Origin: Fibrobacteria bacterium
Lineage (GTDB): Bacteria; Fibrobacterota; Fibrobacteria; UBA11236
Assembly: GCA_041746255.1 (NCBI GenBank)
Contig: JBGTHM010000069.1
Span: 1 to 14,693 of the forward strand
DNA length: 14,693 nt
Direction: 5' to 3'
Positions 1 through 8,405 of this stretch are shown here, piece after piece. Position 1 is the first letter of the stretch, and the number at the start of each line of letters is the position of its first letter. Both the position numbers and the translations under genes were made by a program. The notes beneath the pieces were generated by a model. That model was not told the DNA's origin, ran no database searches, and worked only from the letters and a program-made list of their open reading frames with translations.

Positions 1-101
1 TTTTTCCATCTACCTTATACTTTTGCAATGTGAAGTAAATGCATTAGCGTTAGGTTGACTCTTGCAGGTCATGTGGGAAAATTCAGATCAGGTGGGAAAT
101 C

Positions 102-1526
102 ATGATTAGAAAGAAGATCAGGACCGGGATTCTATGCGGCATATCGATGGGTTTGTTGACCGTGTCGGTATGCGGCCAAACAACCCGCAATATGTCGGTA
201 CTGGGACAATTCAATCCGACTCCGACGCAGAAATATGGCAGCGTGTGGGGCTTCCATGGCACCGACGGCAAGGAATATGCTCTGCTGACCGTGCAGGGAC
301 AACGGGGCGGCCAGGGCGGAACGCATGTCGTGGATATTTCCAATCCCGCCAAGCCCGTCTCCAGGGGCTTCATCAATTCCCCCACGGGGCTTTGGCATGA
401 ATTGAAAACCTGGAAACAGATTTTGTATAAATGCTCGGACCAAGGCGCCGCCGGTATGCAAATCATCGATTTGGCTCCGGTATCCAATGGCCAGCCTCCG
501 AAGGAATTGAAAGCCTACACGGGGGGGTCGCCGGCCGTAGGGCGATGCCACAACCTTTGGCTGGATACGACGCGCACCCCCGCTCTGCTTTATTTGGTGC
601 AGCCCAGCCGCACCAGGGGAGTCATCATTGCCTCACTGGCAGACCCGCTCAACCCCGTGGAAATCGGTCGCCTCCCCACCGAAGCGCATGATTTCTACGC
701 CAGGGGGAACCGGCTGTATGTGTCCACGGGTGATACACACAGTTGGGACATCTATGATGTTACCGACCCTGCCAAACCCCAAAGGATAACTCGCACACTC
801 TTTAATCCGACCAACCAGATTTTGGGCGAGCCCATGAAAAATTCCTCCGGTAATCCCCGACTGTATTCTCACAATGTCTGGTTGACCGACGACGGGAAAC
901 ATGCCTATACCACCGAGGAAACCGTCGGAACCAGTGTAAAGGCATGGGACATTTCCGATGAGACCAAACCCATCTTCTTGGACTCTTACGTTTCCAGTAA
1001 GAATGTCATCCCGCATAACGTCCTGATTAACGGTAATTTCATGCAAGTTGCGCATTACGGTCAAGGCCTGCGAATTATCGATATCACCAATCCTGCAAAA
1101 ATGGTGGAAGTCGCTTTCCATAAGCCCAGCAGTACCAGGGAAGTATTCGGCGGATCCTGGGGGGCCTACGGTTGGTTCAAATCAGGAAACTATATCCACG
1201 GTGACGGCGATATGGGATTGTTTATCGTCAGGATGACCGATGCCGGTACGTCCGTTGATTTTTCGGACAACCAATGGATTTCCCCGTTTAGTGTGACGGG
1301 ATTGGGCAGGCAGGAAGTTCTATTCACATTGCCCCATTCCGGCGCCTATTCACTCTCCATTTCCGATTTGGCTGGGAAACGCTTGTTCGTTACCCATAGG
1401 ACAGGCGAAGCGGGCTCGCAGCGACTTTTGCTGGAAAGACCCTTTACCACCGGCAAATACATCGTCAGCCTGCATCAATCCGGGATGCGGGCTACTTCCA
1501 TGGATCGGAAAAAGCAGGATTGGTGA
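102..1526 (+). CDS. Secreted LVIVD-repeat beta-propeller protein (choice-of-anchor B family) with T9SS-like C-terminal sorting domain
   Basis: 474 aa ORF. Signal peptide ends ...SVCG|Q. N-terminal VWG..GKEYAL. Repeated units VVDISNPAKP, IYDVTDPAKP, AWDISDETKP, IIDITNPAKM. His motifs CHNLW/AHD/SHNVW/PHN, plus AHYGQGLRI and GSWGAY. C-terminal SISDLAGK...GKYIV resembles a Por secretion tail. Confidence 0.8.
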   Translation: MIRKKIRTGILCGISMGLLTVSVCGQTTRNMSVLGQFNPTPTQKYGSVWGFHGTDGKEYALLTVQGQRGGQGGTHVVDISNPAKPVSRGFINSPTGLWHELKTWKQILYKCSDQGAAGMQIIDLAPVSNGQPPKELKAYTGGSPAVGRCHNLWLDTTRTPALLYLVQPSRTRGVIIASLADPLNPVEIGRLPTEAHDFYARGNRLYVSTGDTHSWDIYDVTDPAKPQRITRTLFNPTNQILGEPMKNSSGNPRLYSHNVWLTDDGKHAYTTEETVGTSVKAWDISDETKPIFLDSYVSSKNVIPHNVLINGNFMQVAHYGQGLRIIDITNPAKMVEVAFHKPSSTREVFGGSWGAYGWFKSGNYIHGDGDMGLFIVRMTDAGTSVDFSDNQWISPFSVTGLGRQEVLFTLPHSGAYSLSISDLAGKRLFVTHRTGEAGSQRLLLERPFTTGKYIVSLHQSGMRATSMDRKKQDW

Positions 1527-2622
1527 TAAAGGAGGAATCCGATAGCGTCTTAAGGAAGGCAATGATTTTCCGTTTTTCATCCTCGGTCATTATATGCCGA
1601 ATCTCACCACGCAATCGCTTGGTGACGAGCGGATCCACTGTGCGGGACGCCAGGACTCCGGTATTGTAATGTTCCAGCACCTCTTCCAGAGTTTGAAAGC
1701 GTCCATCGTGCATGTAGGGAGCCGTGAACTCCACATTGCGCAATGTGGGTGTCTTCCATTTGCCGTCATCGGACAATTTACCCGTTATGCCGCCCAAGCC
1801 GCTCCCACTTTCGATAAGGGAATCGAGTCCGTTATTGCGAAAATCGAAATCGGTAAAAGTATGGGCTAAATGGCAGTGGAAACAATCCCCCCTTTCCGTG
1901 AAAAAAAGCCGGAAGCCATCTCCTTCGTCCTTTGTATACTCCGCTTCTCCCCGCCTGACCCGGTCGAATTTGGAGTTCTGCGAAATCAGCGTCCTTTGGA
2001 ATTGAGCCAACGCCTTGACAACCAGGGTTGAGTCGACAATGTGAGTGCCGAAGGCTTCCCGGAACCATTGCGGATACTGCGGGTGATGGTTTAACCGCTC
2101 CGCTACTCCCGTCCAAGTGAATGCCATTTCCAGCGGGTTGACTACGGGCTGCAATGCCTGCTCTTCAAGAGGGCCGACGCGTCCATCCCAGAAATTTCGC
2201 GTATGCCATGCGGCGTTGACGATTTGCGAAGCATTTTTGTCGCCTGGTTGTCCGTGAATACCCAGACTGAAGCGCTTCGGTTCGGAGAAGGCATTGGCTT
2301 GGACATGGCATGTGGCGCAAGACTGGGTGTTGTCCGCAGAGAGCCGGGTATCATAAAAAAGGCGCCTACCCAGCTCGACACCTTGCTCCGTGGTGGGATT
2401 ATCCGCCGGTATCGTGATTTCAGGATACCCATGGAGAACCTCAAGTATAACCGGCACGGGTTGTGTTTTCGGACCAAGTTGCGTCTCGGAATATTCGAAT
2501 ACGCAGTTGCCTGAAAGAAGGGCTGTGAACAGAACGGATGCCCCTAGCGGGAGGGGTGCGGAGGTAATTATACCGCTTCGTAATCCTCTCCCAAAACCTC
2601 CCAGATGGGCTTTAATGGGCAT
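1492..2622 (-). CDS. Di-heme cytochrome c peroxidase, MbnH/MauG-like family
   Basis: Two CxxCH motifs (CATCH, CFHCH), LGRRLFYD, FWDGR, KTPTLRNVEFTAPYMHDG, FLKTLSD. Start placed at ATG 2622, which overlaps the end of the upstream mbnP-like gene; the ORF track uses TTG 2640, so the start is uncertain. Confidence 0.9.
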   Translation of the reverse strand: MPIKAHLGGFGRGLRSGIITSAPLPLGASVLFTALLSGNCVFEYSETQLGPKTQPVPVILEVLHGYPEITIPADNPTTEQGVELGRRLFYDTRLSADNTQSCATCHVQANAFSEPKRFSLGIHGQPGDKNASQIVNAAWHTRNFWDGRVGPLEEQALQPVVNPLEMAFTWTGVAERLNHHPQYPQWFREAFGTHIVDSTLVVKALAQFQRTLISQNSKFDRVRRGEAEYTKDEGDGFRLFFTERGDCFHCHLAHTFTDFDFRNNGLDSLIESGSGLGGITGKLSDDGKWKTPTLRNVEFTAPYMHDGRFQTLEEVLEHYNTGVLASRTVDPLVTKRLRGEIRHIMTEDEKRKIIAFLKTLSDSSFITNPAFSDPWK

Positions 2623-3451
2623 GGGTCGAGCCCGGGGCAAGGGAAATCTTTCCCAGGGTAAAGACTCCTTTCTTGCCGTTCTCCCGAAGGTAATTTTGGG
2701 CTTCCGGCGTACTCATGGTCTCTACACTGTAATCGGCATTGAAATCATACTGATGCGGAGAGGAATACCATCCGTTTACGTCCATACCGATGGTCATTTG
2801 GTAGGTGATGTTTTTTATAAAGTCCAAGTGCAGTGTCATCGGGGTGGCGCGAAAATGGTTCAGCTGATTCACTGCTTCAGTGCGGGCGATGTCTTTTTCG
2901 AGTTTGAGATTGCCGATATGGGTGAGATAACCCAAGGTATCCCCTGTATCCCGGATGAATCTCCCCTCCAATTTCATGAAATGATAACCGCCACCCATTG
3001 CATCCGGCCATGGCATGGTAAGGGTTTCATTGTTCAGGGGAAGCGACATGGAAATGTTTTTTTCCGGGAGCAGACCGAAGACGAAAGATATCGTATGGTA
3101 ATGCCCCGGAGGAATTTTCCGCAAGACCCATTTAGCCGATTCCGGCTCTCTGGCGTTGATGAAAATCACCGTATCCGCCTGCATTAACACCTCGTCTTCA
3201 TGCCCATAAAAAGTGAAATTGGAGAGATAATAACGCAATTCCGTGACACTGTAGTCATTGCCCGCAGCGTTCTTATAGAAAACCGAATCAAATTGCAACG
3301 GCTTGTCGCCCACTTTGTGGACAAAATTGAATTCAATGGAGGCTGTTGCCACCTCCTCGGGACCATGTCCATGGTCTGAGGTACAAGTACTGATCAGTAT
3401 CGGTAACAAAAGGGAGAAGATCAGAGCCGCAGGGTGAAAGTATGGATACAT
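2612..3451 (-). CDS. MbnP-family (putative copper-binding) lipoprotein
   Basis: AGGAGG Shine-Dalgarno upstream of ATG 3451. Hydrophobic signal ending ISTC, then DHGHG. Motifs LRYYLSNF, PPGHYHTISFVFG and GGGYHFMKLEG. Lies immediately upstream of the di-heme peroxidase, as in mbnPH pairs. Confidence 0.8.
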   Translation of the reverse strand: MYPYFHPAALIFSLLLPILISTCTSDHGHGPEEVATASIEFNFVHKVGDKPLQFDSVFYKNAAGNDYSVTELRYYLSNFTFYGHEDEVLMQADTVIFINAREPESAKWVLRKIPPGHYHTISFVFGLLPEKNISMSLPLNNETLTMPWPDAMGGGYHFMKLEGRFIRDTGDTLGYLTHIGNLKLEKDIARTEAVNQLNHFRATPMTLHLDFIKNITYQMTIGMDVNGWYSSPHQYDFNADYSVETMSTPEAQNYLRENGKKGVFTLGKISLAPGSTHAH

Positions 3452-3623
3452 ATTGCACCTCCTAATGGTGGGCTGAGTCAAGCATACATTTATTTGAATA
3501 TAGACCGAAAATCCGGTTCCGTGTTTGGATCTGACGGCTCATGTTTCGGGTCTGAGGAAGGAAAATGCCCAAAGCTGCTGATTCGTGATGCCGAGCAGGG
3601 CATCTCGTGCTACATTTGCTTTA

Positions 3624-4574
3624 ATGAAACGCAATTCCGGTGGAATTACAGGATTCCTCATGCGCCGCCTTTGTCTGGCGGTCTTCCTCGGTGGATTCGT
3701 CTTATTGCAATCGCCGTCCCTCGAAGCCCATTGCGTGGGTGACGTTCCCGAAGTGAAAATGACTTATCCCGAGGATGGCGTAGCCATTCAGGAAGCCCAT
3801 TATGTCGATATGGGTGCTCGATTCATCGATACCTTTTACCGTGACTCCTTGAAGGAACAATTGTTGGAGCGGTACCAGGAGAATGAATACGCCATATTCG
3901 CGTACATTGACAGCATCCATTATTTTCTGGCGCTGGATTCCGTTTTTTACCAGGACGAGTTCGATAGGGTGGATACCTTGCGGGGAGAAGGCCTTTGGAT
4001 TACCGTACACTCCCAGTTGAAAGGTCCTCCGATACCCGGTAACCGAATTTATATCGTAGACAGCTCGCTAATCTACATCCCGGAGCAGCCCCTCGCGACC
4101 AGTTATACCGGATTAATCGATACACCATTCGTCACATTTTTCAATACCTATGACAATGCATTTTCCATGAATTTCGGCCCGGTGGATGGGTGCTATTTTG
4201 AACCCGACGCCTATTTCATCATCGACGGGCAAATCGTAAAAAAGGGAGATGAAGGAATTCGCATGCCTGGTGTGAGCCTTGCCGCTTCGGAATTTCTGAA
4301 AGCGGTCGGCCTGGAAAACCGGGAAATCCCGCAAACCCGCCCGGGAAACACCGCCATCAAAATTTGGCCGGGAGGAAATTCCCGGTGGAATCTACCTGCA
4401 ACCGGAGCGCGTTCCGTTCCCACATTTGATGTCAAGGGGCGATTGCGAGTCTTGCCCCGGCAGCTTCCTGGTGAAGGACCTTCCTCGAGTTTGCATGGAC
4501 TCCCGGCTGGAATCTATTTTCAGTTTCCCGAAAAAAAAACCGGAATGTCTCCCGATATTCGCACCAGGGAGTGA
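3624..4574 (+). CDS. Secreted hypothetical protein with short T9SS-like C-terminal tail
   Basis: Long ORF (track 3585..4574). Signal peptide RRLCLAVFLGGFVLL...LEA. C-terminal TFDVKGR...LPAGIYF motif. Start is ATG 3624 (7 nt after TGCTACATT) or ATG 3660. Confidence 0.65.
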   Translation: MKRNSGGITGFLMRRLCLAVFLGGFVLLQSPSLEAHCVGDVPEVKMTYPEDGVAIQEAHYVDMGARFIDTFYRDSLKEQLLERYQENEYAIFAYIDSIHYFLALDSVFYQDEFDRVDTLRGEGLWITVHSQLKGPPIPGNRIYIVDSSLIYIPEQPLATSYTGLIDTPFVTFFNTYDNAFSMNFGPVDGCYFEPDAYFIIDGQIVKKGDEGIRMPGVSLAASEFLKAVGLENREIPQTRPGNTAIKIWPGGNSRWNLPATGARSVPTFDVKGRLRVLPRQLPGEGPSSSLHGLPAGIYFQFPEKKTGMSPDIRTRE

Positions 4575-4610
4575 AATGGCCAAGGCAGGGTTTCAACCAG
4601 GGTCTAGCCG

Positions 4611-5234
4611 CTACGCCAGGTAAGTCGAAAGGTTCGGGAGATAAAGTTTTAGTCTCTTCCGAAACTCCTCCATACCGGGGAAAGCCTCCTCCGCCGTTTC
4701 GCTTATCATCCGTATCTCCCACCCCTTCGCCTCGTTCCTGCGCAGAAAGCGGGCGAAGCCCGCACCTTCCCACGCCAGGGCCCGCGCCTGGTGCTTAGCG
4801 TAGAGGCGGGCCTTATGCTCCGAAGTCAAGGCATTGACATCACCCGAGAGCAGCATTCCCCGGTTAGGCTGCTCTCCTTCAACGCCGCCAGGCCATTCGG
4901 AATACTTGAAGCGCGGTGACTTCTCGCCTGCGCCGAAATCAATTTCCATACACCCTTCAGCCACAATCACATCTCCGACCTTAAGCGAAGGATCCAAAGC
5001 CGTAGCCGATCCCAGCAAATAAAACGCATGCGGCTTTTCGATATCATAAAGCCTTTGCGCCGTCAATGCCGTCTCCACCTTGCCCTGCCCCGTAACCGCC
5101 AACAACCGTTGCGGATGGCTTTTCGAAATCCAATACTCAAAGCCGATGTCGCCATGCTTTCGCAGGCGTTTACATTCCTCACGACCCAGGAAACATTCCA
5201 TTTCATAGGCGAAGGGAAAAAGCAAGGCAATCAT
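4611..5234 (-). CDS. MTA/SAH nucleosidase-like protein (PNP_UDP_1 superfamily), divergent active site
   Basis: TGQGKVETA, LGSATALDPSLKVGDVIVA, LSGD, WEGAG and RMISE follow the MtnN motif order. ATGA overlap with the ridA stop at 5231-5234. Confidence 0.75.
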   Translation of the reverse strand: MIALLFPFAYEMECFLGREECKRLRKHGDIGFEYWISKSHPQRLLAVTGQGKVETALTAQRLYDIEKPHAFYLLGSATALDPSLKVGDVIVAEGCMEIDFGAGEKSPRFKYSEWPGGVEGEQPNRGMLLSGDVNALTSEHKARLYAKHQARALAWEGAGFARFLRRNEAKGWEIRMISETAEEAFPGMEEFRKRLKLYLPNLSTYLA

Positions 5235-5701
5235 GCCACCTCGAATATGGCTTCGATTTCCACCGGGGCATTCAGCGGCAGGGCATACACACCCACTGCT
5301 GCACGGCTATGCACCCCCGCTTCTCCGAATAACAGCCGGCTCAAGTCGGATGCGCCGTTGATAACCTGCGCCTGTTCGGTAAATTCAGCCGTACATTGTA
5401 CATAACCTGTAAGTTTCACCACCCGCACGATATGCTCGGGACCGCAATCGGGTAGGCTTCCCAAGGCCGCCAGGGCATTGAGAAAACAGAGCCGCGCTGC
5501 GCCCTGAGCTTGCGCCACTTCCACATCCTCCCCTACCCTTCCTGCATAGGCCAAAACTCCCTGCTTCATGGGAAGTTGTCCGGAAACGAAAACCAGGTTT
5601 CCCGTGCGTACGGCGGGAACGTAGGAACCTATGGGTTTGGGCGCCGGGGGTAACTCCAGCCCCAAAGCGGTTAGATGGGTGGCTAATTCTTCTGCCTGCA
5701 T
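5231..5701 (-). CDS. RidA/YjgF/YER057c/UK114 family protein
   Basis: YVPAVRTGNLVFVSGQLP, NGASDL, HSRAAVG (catalytic Arg), LPLNAPVEIE. GGAGG SD upstream of ATG 5701, so the longer 5794 start is rejected. Confidence 0.92.
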   Translation of the reverse strand: MQAEELATHLTALGLELPPAPKPIGSYVPAVRTGNLVFVSGQLPMKQGVLAYAGRVGEDVEVAQAQGAARLCFLNALAALGSLPDCGPEHIVRVVKLTGYVQCTAEFTEQAQVINGASDLSRLLFGEAGVHSRAAVGVYALPLNAPVEIEAIFEVA

Positions 5702-5767
5702 GATTTCCTCCGTGGGTAAAAATAGTGATAATTGCCCCCGTGGCGTCGGGGTGACTATTTTTGGTGC

Positions 5768-6568
5768 ATGGAATATATCGATACCCATTGCCACCTGGAC
5801 AGTATTCTCCCAAAACTCGGTTTCACGAGTTTTTCAGACTATAGAGAGGCGGAATTAAATCACGAAAATCAGGTGGGTGGCGCTCGATTCGGTGGTTGCA
5901 TTTCCATTTCATGCGATCCCCATTCAATGGAAGCCGTGCAGGCTCTGGCCGGCGATGAAAAGGTCTTTGCCGCCTATGGTATTCATCCCCACGACGCCAA
6001 ACATTATGATGATGCCCTGGAGGCACGTTTGCATGCCGCCATGAAAAACCCTAAAACCGTGGCTTGGGGCGAAATCGGATTGGACTACCATTACAACTTT
6101 TCCGAACCCGATATTCAACGGCGGGTTTTCGCGCGACAAATCGCGCAGGGAGTCAAAGCCGCAAAACCGCTAATCATCCATACCCGTGAAGCCGAGGAAG
6201 ATACTTTAGCCATCATGCGCGACGCCGTGCCAAGCGACTGGAAAGTGCATGTGCATTGTTTCACAAGCTCACCGGATTTGGCGTTGGCCTTAGTGGCGGC
6301 GTTTCCGAATCTTTATGTGGGATTCACGGGGGTAATCACTTTCAAAACCGCCGATGCCATTCGCGAAGTTGTGCGCGCGGTGCCGCTGGAGAGGTTGTTG
6401 CTCGAAACCGATGGGCCGTATATGGCGCCGGTTCCCCATCGAGGCAAAGTGGCGCATCCGGGGCATATTCCTTTTATCGCCGAAAAAATGGCGGAGGTCA
6501 AGGCCGTACCGGTTTCCGAGGTTTATTTGCAAGTGAGGGAGAATACGCGAGACGTTTACGGCATTTAA
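5768..6568 (+). CDS. tatD: TatD family deoxyribonuclease
   Basis: DTHCH, GIHPH, GEIGLDY, IHTRE, HCF and LETDGPY motifs. ATG 5768 gives the typical M-x-x-I-D-T-H start. Confidence 0.93.
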   Translation: MEYIDTHCHLDSILPKLGFTSFSDYREAELNHENQVGGARFGGCISISCDPHSMEAVQALAGDEKVFAAYGIHPHDAKHYDDALEARLHAAMKNPKTVAWGEIGLDYHYNFSEPDIQRRVFARQIAQGVKAAKPLIIHTREAEEDTLAIMRDAVPSDWKVHVHCFTSSPDLALALVAAFPNLYVGFTGVITFKTADAIREVVRAVPLERLLLETDGPYMAPVPHRGKVAHPGHIPFIAEKMAEVKAVPVSEVYLQVRENTRDVYGI

Positions 6569-6588
6569 AGTGGACTGCCCTGCCCTGC

Positions 6589-6981
6589 TTATTCCATTAA
6601 ACCATGTTCATCTTTATGGGCATTCTCACGGACTTCACGTTCGATCATTTCTTCCTGAATCCGCTCCTGAACCAATTTTTGTTCCCATTCCCGCAAGGAT
6701 TGATCGAACAGGGTGCGCTTTTGGTCGATTTCAAAGGACAGATTCCGTAACCTTTCCAATACCTTGTCGCGTTCTTCGATCAGGGCCCGGTCAGTGGGAT
6801 GATTTTCGAGCATATTCATAACGATGATATACTGCCCTTCGAGTTTATGCCGCTTTTCCTCCAGCCCGGCCAATTCGAATTGCTCCTGATTGATACGATT
6901 TCCGTAGTCGGTGAAGGCGCACCCCGACAGCAGCAGAAAAAGCAGGAGATGGACTTCAGAACTGAAAAATATTTTCTTCAT
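6589..6981 (-). CDS. Hypothetical coiled-coil lipoprotein
   Basis: 130 aa. MKK + hydrophobic stretch + LSGC lipobox. E/R/Q/K-rich helical body. Confidence 0.75.
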   Translation of the reverse strand: MKKIFFSSEVHLLLFLLLSGCAFTDYGNRINQEQFELAGLEEKRHKLEGQYIIVMNMLENHPTDRALIEERDKVLERLRNLSFEIDQKRTLFDQSLREWEQKLVQERIQEEMIEREVRENAHKDEHGLME

Positions 6982-7855
6982 ACCGCATGAGCCGCACGGG
7001 CGTCTCGGCCTTGGTTTCCTCGTTCGTGAACACTACCTCCGCATCCTCGTTTTTGGCGTCAAAGCAGGTCAAACCAGTTTCACGGTCCACGGAAAATTGC
7101 CAGCTGCCGTGGATAATGCTTTTACCCCATGATTCGCGCCAGAAGCGGCGGTTTTCGCGCGCCGTGCCGATGAATTGCTCCACTTGCAAGGGAAGGGAAT
7201 CGTGACGCGTATAGTATACGGTGTAATCAAGACATTCGCGGTTGAGGCGAAGGCGGGGGCCGAAAAAGCGGATAGAATCGGCTTGGATGGATTCCAATTT
7301 GGCGTTGACCTCCTTAACCGGCAAGTTTTCGGGATAGATTAAATCCTGATCGCGGGGGAGCAAAGTTGCCAACCTCCAACGATCGCGCATATCCTGAGTA
7401 AATTTTGCGGTATCCAACGATTTCAACAACTCCTTTTTCCAATCCTCTTTTTGATGGTCGAGGCGGGAAAGGATTTGCGGTAAAGAGTCATAGCCGGAAA
7501 CTTGCGTGGGAATCCAATCCGGACCGAGAAGCACGGTCAGGTCGGCCCGTTTTTCCAATTCATCGGGAAGGGAATTTCGGTGGAACCCCTTGGCGGTCAT
7601 GCTATCCAACCGGCGTTCCAGGCGAAAACCATCCCCTTCCTTATGTAAATTCCAGTGGATCGACGTCTGAAAAAGAGTGCCCAGAACCTCTTTTCCCACT
7701 TCTCGTTCAGAAGAATAACTGGCCAAACGGCTCATGTTGATTTCCGCGGTTTCGGGTGCCTGCGGGCTAAACCGGACTTTGTTTTCACATCCCAGAACAA
7801 CCAGTAGGCAGCCTCCCCAAAGGATTAAAGAGGCGAGGCGAAGTTTTTGACGCAT
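6956..7855 (-). CDS. Hypothetical lipoprotein
   Basis: 299 aa. AAGGAG SD upstream of ATG 7855. Signal with VLGC lipobox. Overlaps the downstream lipoprotein gene by 26 bp. Confidence 0.75.
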   Translation of the reverse strand: MRQKLRLASLILWGGCLLVVLGCENKVRFSPQAPETAEINMSRLASYSSEREVGKEVLGTLFQTSIHWNLHKEGDGFRLERRLDSMTAKGFHRNSLPDELEKRADLTVLLGPDWIPTQVSGYDSLPQILSRLDHQKEDWKKELLKSLDTAKFTQDMRDRWRLATLLPRDQDLIYPENLPVKEVNAKLESIQADSIRFFGPRLRLNRECLDYTVYYTRHDSLPLQVEQFIGTARENRRFWRESWGKSIIHGSWQFSVDRETGLTCFDAKNEDAEVVFTNEETKAETPVRLMRYEENIFQF

Positions 7856-7937
7856 GAAGCTCCTTTTTTGCGCGGGTATTCCCGGAGATTATCTCCAAAA
7901 TAACAAATAAGCGCAATTGATACCTGGTATCTGAAGG

Positions 7938-8405
7938 CTATCCCCTGAGTTCCCGAGGTAATTTCTCCCGTCGTAAGCTGGATATCGGCCAAATATTGAG
8001 GTATGCGATGTCTTCATCTACGCCGTCCATCAAATCCTCTGCGGATTGATAGGCATTTTCACTGAGCCAGATAAAATCGCTGTGTTCGGGGTTGAGGTGA
8101 ATTTCACCCCCCAGGCACTCGAAGTGATACAGCCAGATTAGGAAACGACCACCGTATAGGGTATCGCGTACCGGACCGAACGATTTGAGGAGTCGTATGT
8201 GAATTTCCCCGCCCAATTCCTCACGCATCTCGCGATAAGCCGCGGTTTCCGGCGCTTCCCCAGCTTCCAAATGCCCACCGGGGAAACCCCAGACACCCGG
8301 AGCTAAAGTGGTTTTGACGTTTCTTTTGACGAACAGCAATTCCCCCTTAGGGTTTTGTAGCAGGCAGATGACAAGCCGTTCTTCCCTACGCGGTTCATCA
8401 GTCAT
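7938..8405 (-). CDS. Nudix hydrolase
   Basis: Canonical Nudix box GGHLEAGEAPETAAYREMREELG, plus LNPEHSDFIW. Start overlaps the miaA stop by 8 bp. Confidence 0.92.
   Translation of the reverse strand: MTDEPRREERLVICLLQNPKGELLFVKRNVKTTLAPGVWGFPGGHLEAGEAPETAAYREMREELGGEIHIRLLKSFGPVRDTLYGGRFLIWLYHFECLGGEIHLNPEHSDFIWLSENAYQSAEDLMDGVDEDIAYLNIWPISSLRREKLPRELRG

Noticed and set aside
16..33. TATACT followed 6 nt later by a start-stop ATG-TGA mini-ORF
   Set aside because: Too short to distinguish from chance, and upstream context is cut off by the window edge.
2390..3187. 265-aa plus-strand ORF
   Set aside because: Antisense shadow of mbnP/mbnH with no motifs.
1492..3451. Methanobactin biosynthetic cluster
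   Set aside because: No mbnA, mbnB, mbnC or TonB-dependent transporter in the window; mbnPH-like pairs occur widely on their own.
5702..5794. Overlapping N-terminal extensions of ridA and tatD in the ORF track
   Set aside because: Better starts at 5701 (with SD) and 5768 leave a normal 66-bp divergent intergenic region.
7938..8405. Type 1 IPP isomerase supplying DMAPP to MiaA
   Set aside because: It has a canonical Nudix box and lacks the Idi-specific His/Cys motifs.
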